64,000 bases of DNA from assembly GCF_006345805.1 (NCBI RefSeq), contig NC_043006.1, positions 26,102,001 through 26,166,000 on the forward strand, in the 5' to 3' direction. Below are positions 38,447 to 51,624 of the stretch, piece after piece. The DNA comes from Octopus sinensis. Its lineage: Eukaryota. A program made the position numbers and the translations under genes. The number at the start of each line of letters is the position of its first letter. Position 1 is the first letter of the stretch. A model generated the notes under the pieces. That model made no database searches. It was not told the DNA's origin and was given only the letters and a program-made list of their open reading frames with translations.

Positions 38447-39897
38447 ATATATATATATATGTATATATATCTGTATGTATGTATGTATGTATGTATGTAT
38501 GTATGGGTACAGGATATCACCAACTGTATACACAGTATAAGCAATTCTCAGTTGAAATATACAGATATATACCTACATGACATCTAAAATTAAACTGAAA
38601 AAAAAACAGAGAGAAAAAATAGAAAATCGAGACCCGACTGGTTAACTATTTGCCCTGAGACTAGATCAACATTGTTACGTGTTGGACATCACTGTTAGCA
38701 AAAACTTCATCCCATCATATGTCCATGGAAGTGAGGGTTACTGCACCTGTAGCTGAATGAAATAAAGCACTGAAATACCATATTCTGTAGGTAACAGAAA
38801 TTTGCAATTTGTGACAATTGAAAATGTTGGCAGGAGCTAGACTCCCGACAGAGGTTTTTGATTTTATTTAGCATCTTACTTCACTGGACAATGCCTGGCT
38901 ATTCCAGCACCACCCATAGTAATGCTATCTGGATTGTCTCAAATATTTTAAGAGGGAAAATACAGGTTCTCCTTGGCACAATGTGTAATAAAATAGAGTG
39001 TGCATGCATCTATTTTGACTATTTACTTACAGATTTCCTTCTCTTTTTCCAGAGTATGGGCAAACCTGCACAAGTGTGCACCTCCATCGATTTTGTTTCT
39101 TCCTAACTTTCAGAAAGAGAGATATTTTTTATGAAATTTTCCACAAATACCTTTCAGATAGTGAAGACTCCAATTATACTGGAATTTATTATGGAAAAGT
39201 TTTTGGTGTCGGGGAAGAGGAGTTTTGAATAATTCACACGATTTGACTTTGTTTCTTAATAACTTTCTGAAAAAAAAATGTTTTTAATGAATCTCTTTTA
39301 TAAATATTCTTCTAGAGTATGAGTATATCAGAATTTAATGCGGGAAAAAAAAGTAGTGGCATCTTGACTTTGTTTCCTCATATGTTTTGATGTAGTACAT
39401 TACAATCATGAAAAAAAAATTATGTTGTGGAATTTTTTAAATGAATATTTTCTCATAAAATGGAACTTTCCAGAGACACTGACATAATTTGAGAAAAAAA
39501 GTTATCAGAAGTGAATTTGTTTGTATGGCTGTTTGGTATATTATAGGCATTTGAATATACCCATATAATCCCTGCCTTTTCTAGCACACTAAAGGACTGT
39601 GTAGAACAGGTAGGAGCAATCTTTTTCAAAAAGTGGGCTGCACGTGGCAAGGTAGGTTGTACTACTAAAAAAAAAATAAAATTTCAGTTGGTGTGCCTAC
39701 ATGACACCAGCTATTTCTAGCATATTAAATGACTACACAGGGTTGCCTTTGAAAGAAAGAGAGATTAAGACTGCGATAAAGTAACAAAATATATATTGAA
39801 TTATAATTAGTTTTAGTATTGTACACAGTATACAGAAAAGTCACAAGGAAAAGCAGTTACATTTCTTTAAGATAAATAAATTGATAAAATTAAAATA

Positions 39898-40523
39898 TCT
39901 ACTATAATAATACTCGTGTTCTTCTCTCTCACAACATATGAATGAGAAAGGAAGGAGTGATAGATGAATAAGGAAGGAAGGAATGATGGTAAACTTGGTA
40001 ATGGGATGATGGAAATTCTACAGTGGAAAAAAAAATCAAATAGCGTTTCAACTCTGTGAGTATATGTGTGTGAATGTGTGTGTGTGTGTGTGTGCGTGCG
40101 TGCATGCGTGTGTGTGTGTGTGCAGTGGAAGTGGGATGGTGAACATTCAATGCTGAAAAGAAAAATCAAACAGCGTTTCAGCTCTGTGTGAGTATATGTA
40201 TGTATGTGTGTGTGTGTGTGCGCGCGCGCGTGTGCAGTGGAAGTGGGATGGTGAACATTCAATGCTGAAAAGAAAAATCAAACAACGTTTCAGCTCTGTG
40301 TGAGTATATGTATGCATGTGTGTGTGTGTGTGCACACAAGGGAAGTATGTGAATGTTTGTATGTGAACCAGCGTTCTTTCAGTAGCAAACGACGATCGAT
40401 GTCATATCTCTAAAAGACAATCACTAGTTAACATTGACAAGTGTATTAATTCGATTTACCATCAATATTTATATATAAAATACTACAATTAACCATCATT
40501 TTTGACGGCATGGGGCCTGCTAG
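39898..40523 (+). mobile_element. Complete non-autonomous Helitron with a ~110-bp internal minisatellite
   Basis: A|TCTACTATAATAATA 5' end; ggcatggggcctgCTAG|T 3' end; no TSD; units gcagtggaagtgggatggtgaacattcaatgctg... at about 40121 and 40233. Confidence 0.78.
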
Positions 40524-40677
40524 TTTTAAATAAGTTATTAACTGATAGTGCATTACTTGAACACTATATACGATTGTATAACACATATGTAAAGAAAAAA
40601 CAACTTTTATTCAATTTCTTAAGCCAAGTAAGACAATGAAAGAAAAAATTTAAGTCAATCATCTCTTGAAAAACACT

Positions 40678-42131
40678 GGTCAATATACAGTTTAAGCAAC
40701 GGTCACGAAAACAAAAGAAAACCAGCCTACTAGATGTAAAAAGAAAATGTGTAGATAACGAATATGAAAGCAAACATTTGAGCAAACGAACGGAAAGGAC
40801 TTTCGGAAATTTCACAAGATCTGATTTTTTCCTCATAATTTTCAGGAAAATGGATATATATTGATGAAAAATTATTAAAATATCGTTCAAATGGCACAAA
40901 TTATGATTATAAAGAAATTTCTGGGGAAGATGTTTTCCGAAGGGATGGGGAGAGGATTTCTGAAAATTCACACGATCGTTTTTTTTGTTTTTTTTTTTGT
41001 TATTTTTCCCCCCATCATAACTTTCAGAAAAATGGATATCTTTTAATGAAATTTTACAGAAAAACCTTTCAAACAACATAGATTACGATTATAAAGAAAT
41101 TTGTGGGGGAAATGTTTTTCCGAAGGGGTGGAGAGAGGACTGTTGGAAAGTTCACACCATCCGTTTTTTTTTTTTCTCATAACTTTCAGAATCTAGTTTA
41201 GCGCCTGGTCACCAAAACGTAAAAATAAAAAATAAAAAAACGTGTAGAAACGAATATGAATACAAAAATTTGCGCAAACGAACAGGGGAATTGGTTGGGG
41301 GAGAAGACTTTCGGAAAATTCACTCAATCCGATTTTTTCCCTCATAACTTTCAGGAAAATGGATATCTTTTAATGAAATTTTACATCTGCAACAATATCT
41401 TGCAAGATATTTATTTATAACTTCTCAACATGAAGAAAGCATGTTGCACAAGTTCTTCATAGAGGCAGCCAAGTTATACCTTCCTCTCTCGAATCGTTGC
41501 CATCAAATAATTACCAACCAAGATGAAGGTATGTACATGTACGACTGCAAAAATTTTTGTTTTCATATTCGTTTTCTACACTTTTTTTTTTACACCTATT
41601 AGACTGGTTGTTTTTCGTTTTGGTGACCAGGCGCTAAACTAGATCCTGAAAGTTATGAGGGAAAAAAAAAAAAAACGAATCGTGTGAACTTTCCAACAGT
41701 CTTCTCTCCACCCCTTCGGTAAACATTTTCTCCACAAGTTTCTTTATAATCTTAATCTATGCTGTTTGAAAAGTGTTTCTGTAAAATTTCATCAAAAGAA
41801 ATCCATTTTCCTGAAAGTTATGTTACGACGGAGGAAAAAAAAAACGATCATGTGAATTTTCAGAAATCCTGTTCCCACCCCTTCGGAAAACATCTTCCCC
41901 AGAAATTTCTTTATAATCATAATTTGTGCCATTTGAACGGTATTTTAATAAAATGTCATCAATATATATCCATTTTCCTGAAAGTTATGAGGGAAAAAAA
42001 TCAGATCTTGTGAATTTTCCGAAAGTCCTTCCCGTTCATTTGCGCAAATTTTTGTTTTCATATTCCTCATCTACACATTTTCTTTTTACATCTAGTAGGC
42101 TGGTTTTCTTTTGTTTTCGTGTATATTGACC
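40678..42131. mobile_element. Large foldback element (~570-bp imperfect arms built of ~170-bp subrepeats) with a unique spacer at 41385-41568
   Basis: 40678-41270 is a diverged reverse complement of 41569-42131; true outer termini and TSD not found. Confidence 0.8.
41387..41490 (+). pseudogene. Merlin/IS1595-like (ISXO2) transposase C-terminal fragment
   Basis: Open frame LQQYLARYLFITSQHEESMLHKFFIEAAKLYLP resembles the (H)LxxYLxxYLF...LLHxFFxxAAxLYPP tail of Merlin transposases (from recall, not searched). Confidence 0.55.
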
Positions 42132-42407
42132 GATATGGTCGAAATTTGCGGGGGAAATTTTTCCGAGGGGGTTTTCGAAAATAAAGAAATTCATAAATTT
42201 TTTTTTTGCTTGAGTGTAAAGGAAATAAGTTTGAAAAAAAATAAGATCCCAACGGTGGAGATGTGCTATAAACAACTAAGTCGCCCATAATTTTTTTTTC
42301 CATAGTAAAACCCTATACAACACCGTATTTATGAATTCATGATAGATGGGATCTTTTTAAAAACCTTTTACTATTACTCAGAATGTTTCACTTTCGTTTG
42401 ATGTTTC

Positions 42408-42417
42408 ACGCATGCGT
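42408..42417. promoter_or_regulatory. NRF1/Ewg-like palindrome ACGCATGCGT
   Basis: Perfect palindrome in a CpG-retaining block; gacgtca at about 42438; possible donor aag|gtacat at about 42550. Confidence 0.35.
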
Positions 42418-42907
42418 AGAATTCTACTGAAATAGCAGACGTCAAAAATATCAGACCACCACCAGAAATCCCGACATGCTAAAAAAAACAGCTAAACGAC
42501 ATTATTTCTGGAAAAACTTCTTTTCTATATTTCAATTTTCATTTTGAAGGTACATGCAAAGGGTGTCAGTATGTATGGGTGCGCACTCAACAATTATTTT
42601 TGCTTTTATTTTCTCCCTTTCTTCCCCACAAATTGTTTCAATTGTTTAAACAGAAAGATTTGGAAGAATTATATATGTATACATATGTAATGTAATTCAA
42701 CATAACAACAACAAAATTCTAATATAATTGTAATCTACACACTCTAAAAGTTGTGAAGAAACAAAATTAGCGCGTATGGATTTTCCGAAACTCTTCTCCC
42801 AAGCCCCGGAAAATTTTTCTACAACAAATTCCAATATAATCGGAATCTACACGTATTTGTAGAAAATTCCTTTTAAAAATCTCCATTTTTCTGGAAACAA
42901 AATCGTA

Positions 42908-43172
42908 GTTAATCTCTAGTTTAGGACCCGATCACAAAAATAAATTTAAAAAAGTGTAACAGGTATGAAATAATGTGTAGTAAATGAATAGGAAAAAAAA
43001 AAAGATTGCGCCGATGAACGGGAGTGGTGTGGGAAGAAGACTCGGAAAAATTTCCGAGTCCTGTCCATTCGCGCGCATTTTTTTTTCCGTATTCGTTTAC
43101 TATACATTATTTCACACCTATTACACTGTTTTTTTTTAATTTTTGTGACCGGGTCCTAAACTAGAAATTAAC
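42908..43172. mobile_element. Foldback MITE related to the 40.7-42.1 kb element
   Basis: Arms gttaat.tctagtttaggacccg.tcacaaaaat and reverse complement; central hairpin gactcggaaa-aa-tttccgagtc. Confidence 0.75.
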
Positions 43173-43979
43173 CCACTTGCGTAGGTATGCCGGTTTTTCC
43201 GTTCACTTTTCGGTATTTTGTAGACAGGTCAGTGTTTTACATTTTTGCCACCCCACCACTCCGTACCCTTCTCAAGAGATATGAATCTTCTAGAGACTAA
43301 AATTTCTATTTCAAAACTCCACCGAAACCTGAGGATATTCACAAATTCAGCAGTAAACTATACCCAAAAGTGTGTTCGCTAGCCAACTAAATTCAATCAT
43401 TATCTATTAAAATAACTACTTTTCAACTTAGTCAACACGAATTATCCGTATTAAGTGCGGGTAGTATATGAAAAATTCTGCTGTATTTCTTGACTGGCGC
43501 GCATCATATGCATTTTAATTATTTTTAATAGCCTGCTTAATTAAAAATTCCAAATTAGAGAGAGAGAGAGAAAGAAAATCATTTTTCTTTTGTAAATTTT
43601 ACTTACGGAGCAATAGGAGCTAGGTTCATAACCCAAGAAGAGTAAAAGTAGAATTTCTTCAACAACCGAAGAAGTCCGGATATCCAAAAAGCTGGCTTCT
43701 AAATATGTAATAATTTATTATTCACTTCAGTGCTACTGTAATGACTCACATGTTTAAGGTCTTTTCAGCATAAGTTCAAAATTTTTTCTCCTGACAATAT
43801 ATTGCAGATTACATCTTAAGGAGTTTTAAATATATATATATGTATATATATACTGTGCGGCTAAAACTGTTTATTTTATAGATTGGCAGTAGCTTGTTAC
43901 AATAAATAACCACTGTGAAAGATACGAAATATAAACAAATTTGTTAGCTGTCTCTATTTGTACAAGGCATTCTAAAGAA

Positions 43980-44120
43980 AAAATTGTATCAGTTGACCTG
44001 CTGTTGCGATGTCACCTAGATGACGTGTTTACTGTGCTGGGAAAAGAAATCGATAAATTATAGTTCTAACGCATCAACACGTGATATTGTGGTGAAATAA
44101 AGGGTGGATACCGGAAAGCA
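43980..44120. promoter_or_regulatory. Candidate bidirectional promoter
   Basis: TGACGT, ATCGATA (44049-44055), CACGTG (44078-44083), CCGGAA; donors point outward on both sides (+ GTAAGA at 44244; - GTGAGT at 43744-43749 and GTAAGT at 43601-43606). Confidence 0.3.
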
Positions 44121-45199
44121 CAAGCTAATTCATTGCAATTAAGTCTATGGCCAATTTTTGATAACCAATTGTTACAATTGGGGGAGAATGCATGAACACC
44201 AAACGATTTCGCTTCTCGTCTTATAAAAATGTTTTGCATCGATGTAAGAATAAAATGGATACTAAAGTGAAACATGCCTATGCATTTGGTATATATAACT
44301 AAACAGGATAATTCTTTAAAACTACCTCTTAAACAGTCCTAACAAACCTGTTGAAAATCGTTAACTAAGGTTACTCATGCAATTGATAGATAAAAACTAA
44401 GCATATTTAAAATCTAAAAAAAAGGTGGAGAAGTAACTCCAATTAGACTTGTTGCTCACCCTTAGTCTTGCCATGAGTTGGCCTAAGGAAACTGAAAGAA
44501 TGTCCTTTGCTTTCACCTGATGTCTTTAAAGACCAGGTCTGCTCTCATTTGCAATGCTTATATTGTCCAACAATTACAATCAATTGATTTTGCGTGAGTT
44601 ATCTCCCTTTTTTTAAAATTTTCAACACTCCTAAAAGGTCTTTAATATTTACTTGGATACAAAACAGATATTTTGTCATTTTGGTAGCAGATTTTAAACT
44701 CACTATATTACATATGCAGGTTCCTACCATTATTGTGTTTAGTTTGCACAACACTCCCCTGAGATATTTTCCTTTGGCCATATGGTCTCTATTGTCTGGC
44801 GCTTCTTGCAATAAACTACTTTCTTAATTTCGAATGTTAATGTATGTATGATTTTCTTTTGATTTTTTAAGTATTTTTTTCCCCCTTTGCAAAATTCAAG
44901 TTATCTCTAACAAAGTGATACAGCTTTTGTTTAAGTCAAGACAGCTTTTGGAGGTTTGTGGATATTTCACTTGTTTGGTTTTATGCATATATGTGTGCAT
45001 ATGAGGATAAACTTGCACTCATGTATTGGGTGTGAATCACTGTTGTACACAAGTGTATGAGGTTTGTTGTTTTGTGGGAGTGGAGAGCATACATGTCTAT
45101 GTGTGTGTACATGTGTTTGTATGTGTGTGCATATTCCATATATACATATGATAATGTGTATGTGTTCAGTATAGACTCCAAAAAAGAATCCCACAAACA

Positions 45200-46690
45200 T
45201 TCAACAAATTATTCACTGTACCCTTAGTCGATTGAAGAATCTGAATCAGTTTGTTTTGTTCATTTGTGAAGAACCCATGCATTACTAGGCTTTTGTGCCA
45301 ATCTGTTGTTATGTTGTCCAGTGCACATATAATAATAGGTACAAATGAAAATTTATAATCTGAATATTAGCGATGTAAGTTTCTTATTACTTTCCATAGA
45401 TGTTCTCCCTTTCTTCAATTTCTAGGGACATCTTCACTTCTACTGGACAGCTGACATCTAAACCTGTGTATAACTTTTGTTCTTTATCTAGCCTATTGTG
45501 CTTACATCAGGTTGCTGTTTTTGTTAGAATGTTTCACTTGTATTCTTTACTTTTTGGCATGGAAACATTTTGTTTCTGACATGCCTTTGTTATGGACATC
45601 AGAATAATCCTTCCTACTTATAGCATCATTGATAGTTTTATGACAGTCTCACATCTTATAGGAAGGTCATAGGCTTGTGGCCATTTTTGAATAGCTACTG
45701 ATGATATGAGTGATAATTTTCACACTGGTATGGCACAAATGATATTTTTTTATCAAAACCTGGAGGTCAAGAGGCATCCTTATCTTTCTTGTTGATCAGA
45801 TATTTAGTAACTATCTTCTCCTGGGTAGCAAAGATGTAGTTTTCTAGGTGGAATGTGATGTCTCTATCACAACTCCCCTTCAATAGACACTGAACAAGAG
45901 TGGTCATTCTCTCTTTGCTGTTTGATGTATGTTGTGTAAGTGATACAATGCAGCACTCAAAGGCCTTCTGGACTGGTGTTATACCTCTGTAGCTGTCTCT
46001 CCATTTAACACAGATCTTGTTAATGTCACTGATGATGTGAAAGTTATCAGTAGTTGTTAATATCTTCTTAGTCCTGATGTCAAAGTTGCAAATTCTAGTA
46101 TTCCAAACATTGAAGCTAACACTGAGGCTGTGAAAGCATTGTGGAATATACTTTCATTGAATGTAGACAGCTCTAACTTCCATATCTCATAAAATCTACT
46201 GAAGTATTCTTGTGTCACTCTAGCTTTACTCACAGCACCAACATTTGCAATATTCTTGTCAATTCTATGCAATTCTCATGCAATATTCAGTACTGGAAAT
46301 AGGAGAGATAGCTATGCCATTGTTATCCTTACTCCCTGTCTGGATGACAGTCTTTCCTCATTTGACTACCAAATATGAGCACTTTTCTGGATCAAACTCC
46401 ATTCCTATGTCCTTTGAGAATCTTTGCAACCAGTTGTGTCTCTTGGTGTCATCAATATTACTCAAGTACTGCTTAAGGTCATCATCAAAATCCTTTAGTC
46501 TTTGCATTTCTTTAACTGGGCTGACAAGGAGTTCACTACCAGGATTAAAAGCATTACATATAAGTTGTCAACTTGGAAAATTCTTGATGGTAGCCTAATT
46601 TTGTTAATGACTACAGTGAAAGCTTTGGTTTTTATAGTTCAACAGACCATGTTGTTGCTAGTCTCTAAATGGCATCAAATATAGCAATTG
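45200..46690 (-). mobile_element. RLE-type (R4/NeSL-group) LINE relic: RT end, CCHC region, endonuclease
   Basis: DDDLKQY...RFSKDIGMEF..EKC; IDKNIANVGAVSKARVTQEY...IWKLELS; CHTSVKIITHIISS; HNRLD...DVSCP. Confidence 0.7.
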
Positions 46691-46699
46691 GAACCTAGG

Positions 46700-47270
46700 T
46701 AAAGTATAGTGACTCTAGTATTCATGAGTTGGGGACAAAGTCAAATCCCTCCTTATAGTCTAGACCAGTCAGAAGATTTCAGCAATGCTGCTTTGTTTCC
46801 TTGGGGACAGCTTTCTTGGTGAGGAGCTGCTCTTTACTGCTCTAGATGCCTTTCTTTCTTCCTGCTCCTGAGTCACCATATAATGTTTCACAGTGATCCT
46901 GGAGAAATACATTCAAACAACTTGCACATGATGGACTTGAAGTTTTTGGCTATGTACCTTCTGGTTTTTAGCTGTGAGTGTTGTATGTGCAATTGTGAAC
47001 CAGCATATATATGTTCCACCTCTTCTTTTTATTTATTAATATTCTTTCTAGAAAGATGGAGCTGGTTTCTAACATAGAGCTCTATCCTTGGAGTTTGGAT
47101 AACAACTATAATTGTTACGTATTGAACTTTAAGAAACTCTTGCATAATTTTACTGTTCCATTTAGAGATTATATATGAAAAGTTCATTTTAGCTAGATTT
47201 GGTCTGGTCTCTTTCTTTGCTTGGAAATTCTAGTTTCTACAGACTTAATAACATTACTGTCATCCATACA
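46700..47270 (+). mobile_element. Inverted RT fragment of the same or a related RLE-type LINE
   Basis: + strand GDSF and NNLHMMDLKFLA (SHLLYMDDLKLFA-like). Confidence 0.45.
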
Positions 47271-47287
47271 TACAGGCTTGTCCCTTA

Positions 47288-47500
47288 CAGGTGCCAGTGC
47301 CATATAAAATGCACTCATGCTGGTGCTGCATAGATGCACCTATGCTGGTGGCATATAAAAAGCATCCAGCACTCTATATAAAGTAGTTGGCATTAGTAAG
47401 ATCACCCAGGTGTAGAAACCATCTCACAACAGACATTTGGAGTCCAACCATCCAACCCATGCCAGGATGAAAAATGGATGTTAAATGATGTTGATGACAA
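47288..47500 (+). mobile_element. RTE-tail fragment (decayed)
   Basis: ggtggcatataaaaagca...ccaacccatgccaggatg...ttaaatgatgttgatg. Confidence 0.7.
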
Positions 47501-48049
47501 TGAAATTCATGTACCAATATCTGATCAACAAGAAAGATAAGAATGCCTCTTGACCTCCAAGTTTTGATAAAAAATATCATTTGTGCCATACCAGTGTGAA
47601 AATTATCACTCATATCATCAGTAGCTATTCAAAATAATTCTGGTTTTTTTAGTTGTAATTTGGCTAGGTTATTGTTGGTCACTGCCAAACATTGTCATTA
47701 TCAAATATTTATAAAGTTTATCACAGCTTTAGTTATTTGTTCCTGAATAAGGCTGATGTAGCATTGTAAGTAAGTTTCATTGGTATATGATTGTATTAAA
47801 ATTGCAATGTTTTCATTGGAGGAATTTTTTGAAATTCATAGATATAGTGCATGTAAAGGCAACCCTTCATTATGTAGCAAGACCTAGAATCAAAACCTAC
47901 AGCTTCAGTAACTAAGGCCCAGGCCACACATAGGTCAAGTGACATGTTCTGGTTATCAAACAATCAACTTACTGGAATATCACTTCTTATTAGAGAATGT
48001 TCTATTTTGTTACAGTAGTTACTGCACATTTGCGGTTATATAAGTACAA

Positions 48050-48540
48050 CATCATCATCATCATCATCATCATCATTTAGCGTCCGTTTTCCATGCTAGC
48101 ATGGGTTGGACGGTTTAACTGGGGTCTGTGAAGCCGGAAGGCTTCATCAGGCCCAGTCAGATTTGGCAGTGTTTCTACGGCTGGATGCCCTTCCTAACGC
48201 CAACCACTCCGCGAGTGTAGTGGGTGTTTTTTACGTGCCACCTGCACAGGTGCCAGACAGAGCTGGCACAACGGCCACGAATGGATGGTGCTTTTACGTG
48301 TCACCGGCACAGGGCCAGGCGATGCTGGCAACGGACACAAACGGATGGTGCTTTTACGTGCCACCGACACGGGGGCCAGCCGAGGCTGGCAACGAACACG
48401 AGCGGATGGTGCTTTTACGTGCCACCGACACGGGGCCAGACAGAGCTGGCAAACGGCCACGAACGGACGGTGCTTTTACGTGTCACCGGCACGGGGGCCA
48501 GCCAAGGCTGGCAGCGGACACGGATAAATCAGAAAACAGC
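48050..48540 (-). mobile_element. RTE-tail element with an expanded ~50-bp internal array
   Basis: (cat)n tail; motif ggtgcttttacgtg(c/t)cacc occurs 5 times, including the terminal unit. Confidence 0.88.
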
Positions 48541-49582
48541 ACTTCGGAAGTATAAGTAGCAAGCCCTTTACATCAAGTTTTCCTTATAACAGAAGCTCAG
48601 CCCTGAGTTAAAAGTATTTTTCAATTAGGATGGTCAAAGCATTTATTCTCGTCTTTCACATGAATCTAATCTCTTCTGTTATTAATTTAATTATAAACTA
48701 CATTCATCTCAAGCACACCTCTTTACACTACTGGCAAGCCACAATTAAAATTGTACATATCATTATAAACTTCAATAAAAAAATAAATGTTATTTCAACA
48801 ACACTTTGAGTTGATGTATTATGGGACAACATGTAGCTAAACTTAAAAACCAAAAAATCAAATGTCCCATTAACCAGCCCATCAGTTACAATATGCCACT
48901 TTCACTTTGCCAAGCTGTAGCCAGTTTTAGACACCAGATTGTCTTGCTTGTTTGTCAAAGAGGTTATTTTCAAGTGTCATTAAGAATTACCTTATTGTTG
49001 TTCATTTTTGTGATTTTTTTTCATTGCTGTTCATTTTTGTTGTTGAATTATTTTATTGTTTATTGTTGTGTTTTGTTGCTTTTAGTTAAAGTGCATAGTT
49101 ATAACAAAGTTTGGCTGTGATTTCTAGTGGATCAACCAAAACACCATAATGAGAGGAAATTAATAGAATTTATTCAGTTACTGTATGACATAAATAATGA
49201 TGATGATGATGATGATGATAATTTTAAACAAGACACTGGCTACAGCAATAATAATTTTAAACAAATGAATATTTCTACTAATGCATGTAACCATTAGTTA
49301 CAGAATAATTTTATATCGTGGGAGAGCAAATCCGTGAAATAAATAAACAATTAGAAAACATACTGTTTACATATAGCATTTATGATCTTTTTCAAATGCT
49401 TAACATTATCATGGGCATAGTGGTGTGATTGTATCTTCTCCACTCAAATTCTTTTAAGCAACTGTTAAAAAAAACATTCATGTGGTCCATTCATCTGCTT
49501 ATTCTTCTGCTGCTTCCAAACAAATTGATACCAGTAATCTGCCACAGTTTGACAAAGTATGGAAAAGCAGCGCACTACGTTA

Positions 49583-49863
49583 TACAGGGTGTCTCAAATT
49601 GATGGAATACATTTTATTTGTTACTAGTTCAATACTCATTGCTACACTGCTGGATAAAAATATTTCTAAATCATACACATACCTTCATAAATTGCACAAA
49701 TAACGTTCAGATTTATTTTTTTGATGAATGTTAGTAACAGTTTGAAAAATGTTGAACAATAACATTTATTTTAAATACTTTTTGACTGATTTGCACTTAT
49801 AATTCCCATGTTTTTAATCAAAACATGCTAGTTACTCTGATGACAACAATACCTAACTATCTA

Positions 49864-49915
<52 letters not shown>

Positions 49916-51006
49916 TCTCTCTCTCTTTCTCTCTGTCACTATACTTCACAACAACCTTTCCTCTTCCCCTTCTTTTATTGAAGGTGAAAGTCATTTTTAA
50001 AGTCTAAATTGTGTTTTCTATATGTTGAAAGACACAGAACACACACACTCACATGCACACATACACACAAACAAACAACTAAAACATAACTGTATATCTT
50101 TCAAAATTTGGTAGTTGTGATGGTAACAATACCTGTCTATCTACTTTTCACATTCACACACTCTCTCTCTCTGTCTCTCTCACTGTATTTTTTTTTATTT
50201 CTTCTCCCTTTTCCCCTCCCTCTACTAAATGTTGTGACAGAGACAAACTATGGCAACAACACGGTCTGTTACTCTATCTATCTTTCTTTCACATACACAC
50301 TCTTTCTCTCTTATTCTCACTGTATTTCTTCTCTCTCTCTCTCTCTCCCACATGCACGTACACACTCACACACACTCAACAACAACTTTTCTCCTCCCCT
50401 TCTTCTAAAAATACATTGTGTCATATGTTTTGATTCTTCCCCTTTGTTCCCTCCCTGTTATAGATTCTGTTACAGACAGACACGGAGATCTGCTTCTTCT
50501 GTCTTGTAATATAAGATTTCAAAAACAGTGGGTACTTGCCCATCTTTAAATGTGATGTAAATCAAATGTCAGACTTTAGGAGTTAATAATAATTTTCTTT
50601 TTTTTTTCCCAGCCATTAGTACTTGTATATTTTAGTCCTAAGTTATGTCACCATGGATCACATCAGAATTTGCATTCACTGTGGAAACATACTCTATCAG
50701 TGGAGGCATCATTGCCACAGCGCAATGGTAATTTTGACAGTATTCCAAAAGCATGAGGCACTATTGTCTGTCCAGATCACCAGATCTAAGCTCATTGGAC
50801 TATTTTCTGTTTGGGAAACCCTGTACATCTTTAGAACTCACACAAAAGCATCCAGAGGGAGAGAGCAGTCATCCTAGCTGATATAGTGCACCTTAGAATG
50901 GTGGTATTGATAGGGAAAACTCAGGAATGTTCTCCTGGAGGTGGTAGTCATCTGAAGGATGTGATACTGAAACTTTGAGCTTCGTGTTTATTAAGGTACT
51001 CCTGTA
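49583..51006 (+). mobile_element. Tc1/mariner-superfamily relic, interrupted by microsatellite-rich DNA
   Basis: TA-CAGGGTGTC start; SRSPDLSSLDYFLFG (WPxRSPDLxPLDFFLWG-like); GGSHLKDVILK C-terminus; weak right TIR. Confidence 0.55.
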
Positions 51007-51363
51007 CCTCAATAGATGTTCTTCTTTCAGGTGATGCTATTGCAACAAATGGCATGTTTATGAATTTTTAGACCTGGCAAAATCCATCCTAATCCAGATC
51101 TGACCACAGTCAGCTTCTTCCAAGAGGCAGAGAAAGACAAAGATTCTTAGAGAAGAATAAACCCTAGTACAGAACTGGTGCGTTATTTATCCCCCCCCCA
51201 CCACCACCTAAAAGCTAAAAGGCAAAATTGACCTCATGTTTTATACTCAGTGTACACAGAGCTGGCTTACATACCACAAAGCAACTTGTATAACACTGTA
51301 ATGACTATGTATGTGTATATGTATATATATACATATATAATATACACATGCATTATATATATA

Positions 51364-51620
51364 CTAGCCAGACCCGTGAAAAACTCACAGAAAACATAAA
51401 AAATGTAAGCATCTGTAAATTGTGTGCTGGTGCCACAAGAAATGTTTCTATATTGTGACGGTTACAGAATATAGAATGAAGTGTAAAACCGATAACTATA
51501 TAATCCAACCAAAATATTTCAGTTACACAAGCGTAAACAGAATTACTGTTTAGCCTTAAAATACATTGTACATATTCAAAGAACATGCTTGGTTTAGTGG
51601 TATGGAATGTTCTGGTATTC
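51364..51620 (-). mobile_element. Helitron 3' stub
   Basis: ACTAGccagacccgtgaaaaactcac is the reverse complement of a hairpin remnant plus CTAG-T. Confidence 0.5.
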
Positions 51621-51624
51621 TTTT

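Noticed and set aside
39056-39068. atgggcaaacct identical to the start of the 60198 exon
   Set aside because: A 12-bp match with no further similarity; it lies at the edge of a repeat
48180-48540. Regularly spaced repeats resembling a CRISPR array
   Set aside because: Units lie within an RTE 3' UTR, the spacers are related to each other, there are no cas genes, and the context is eukaryotic
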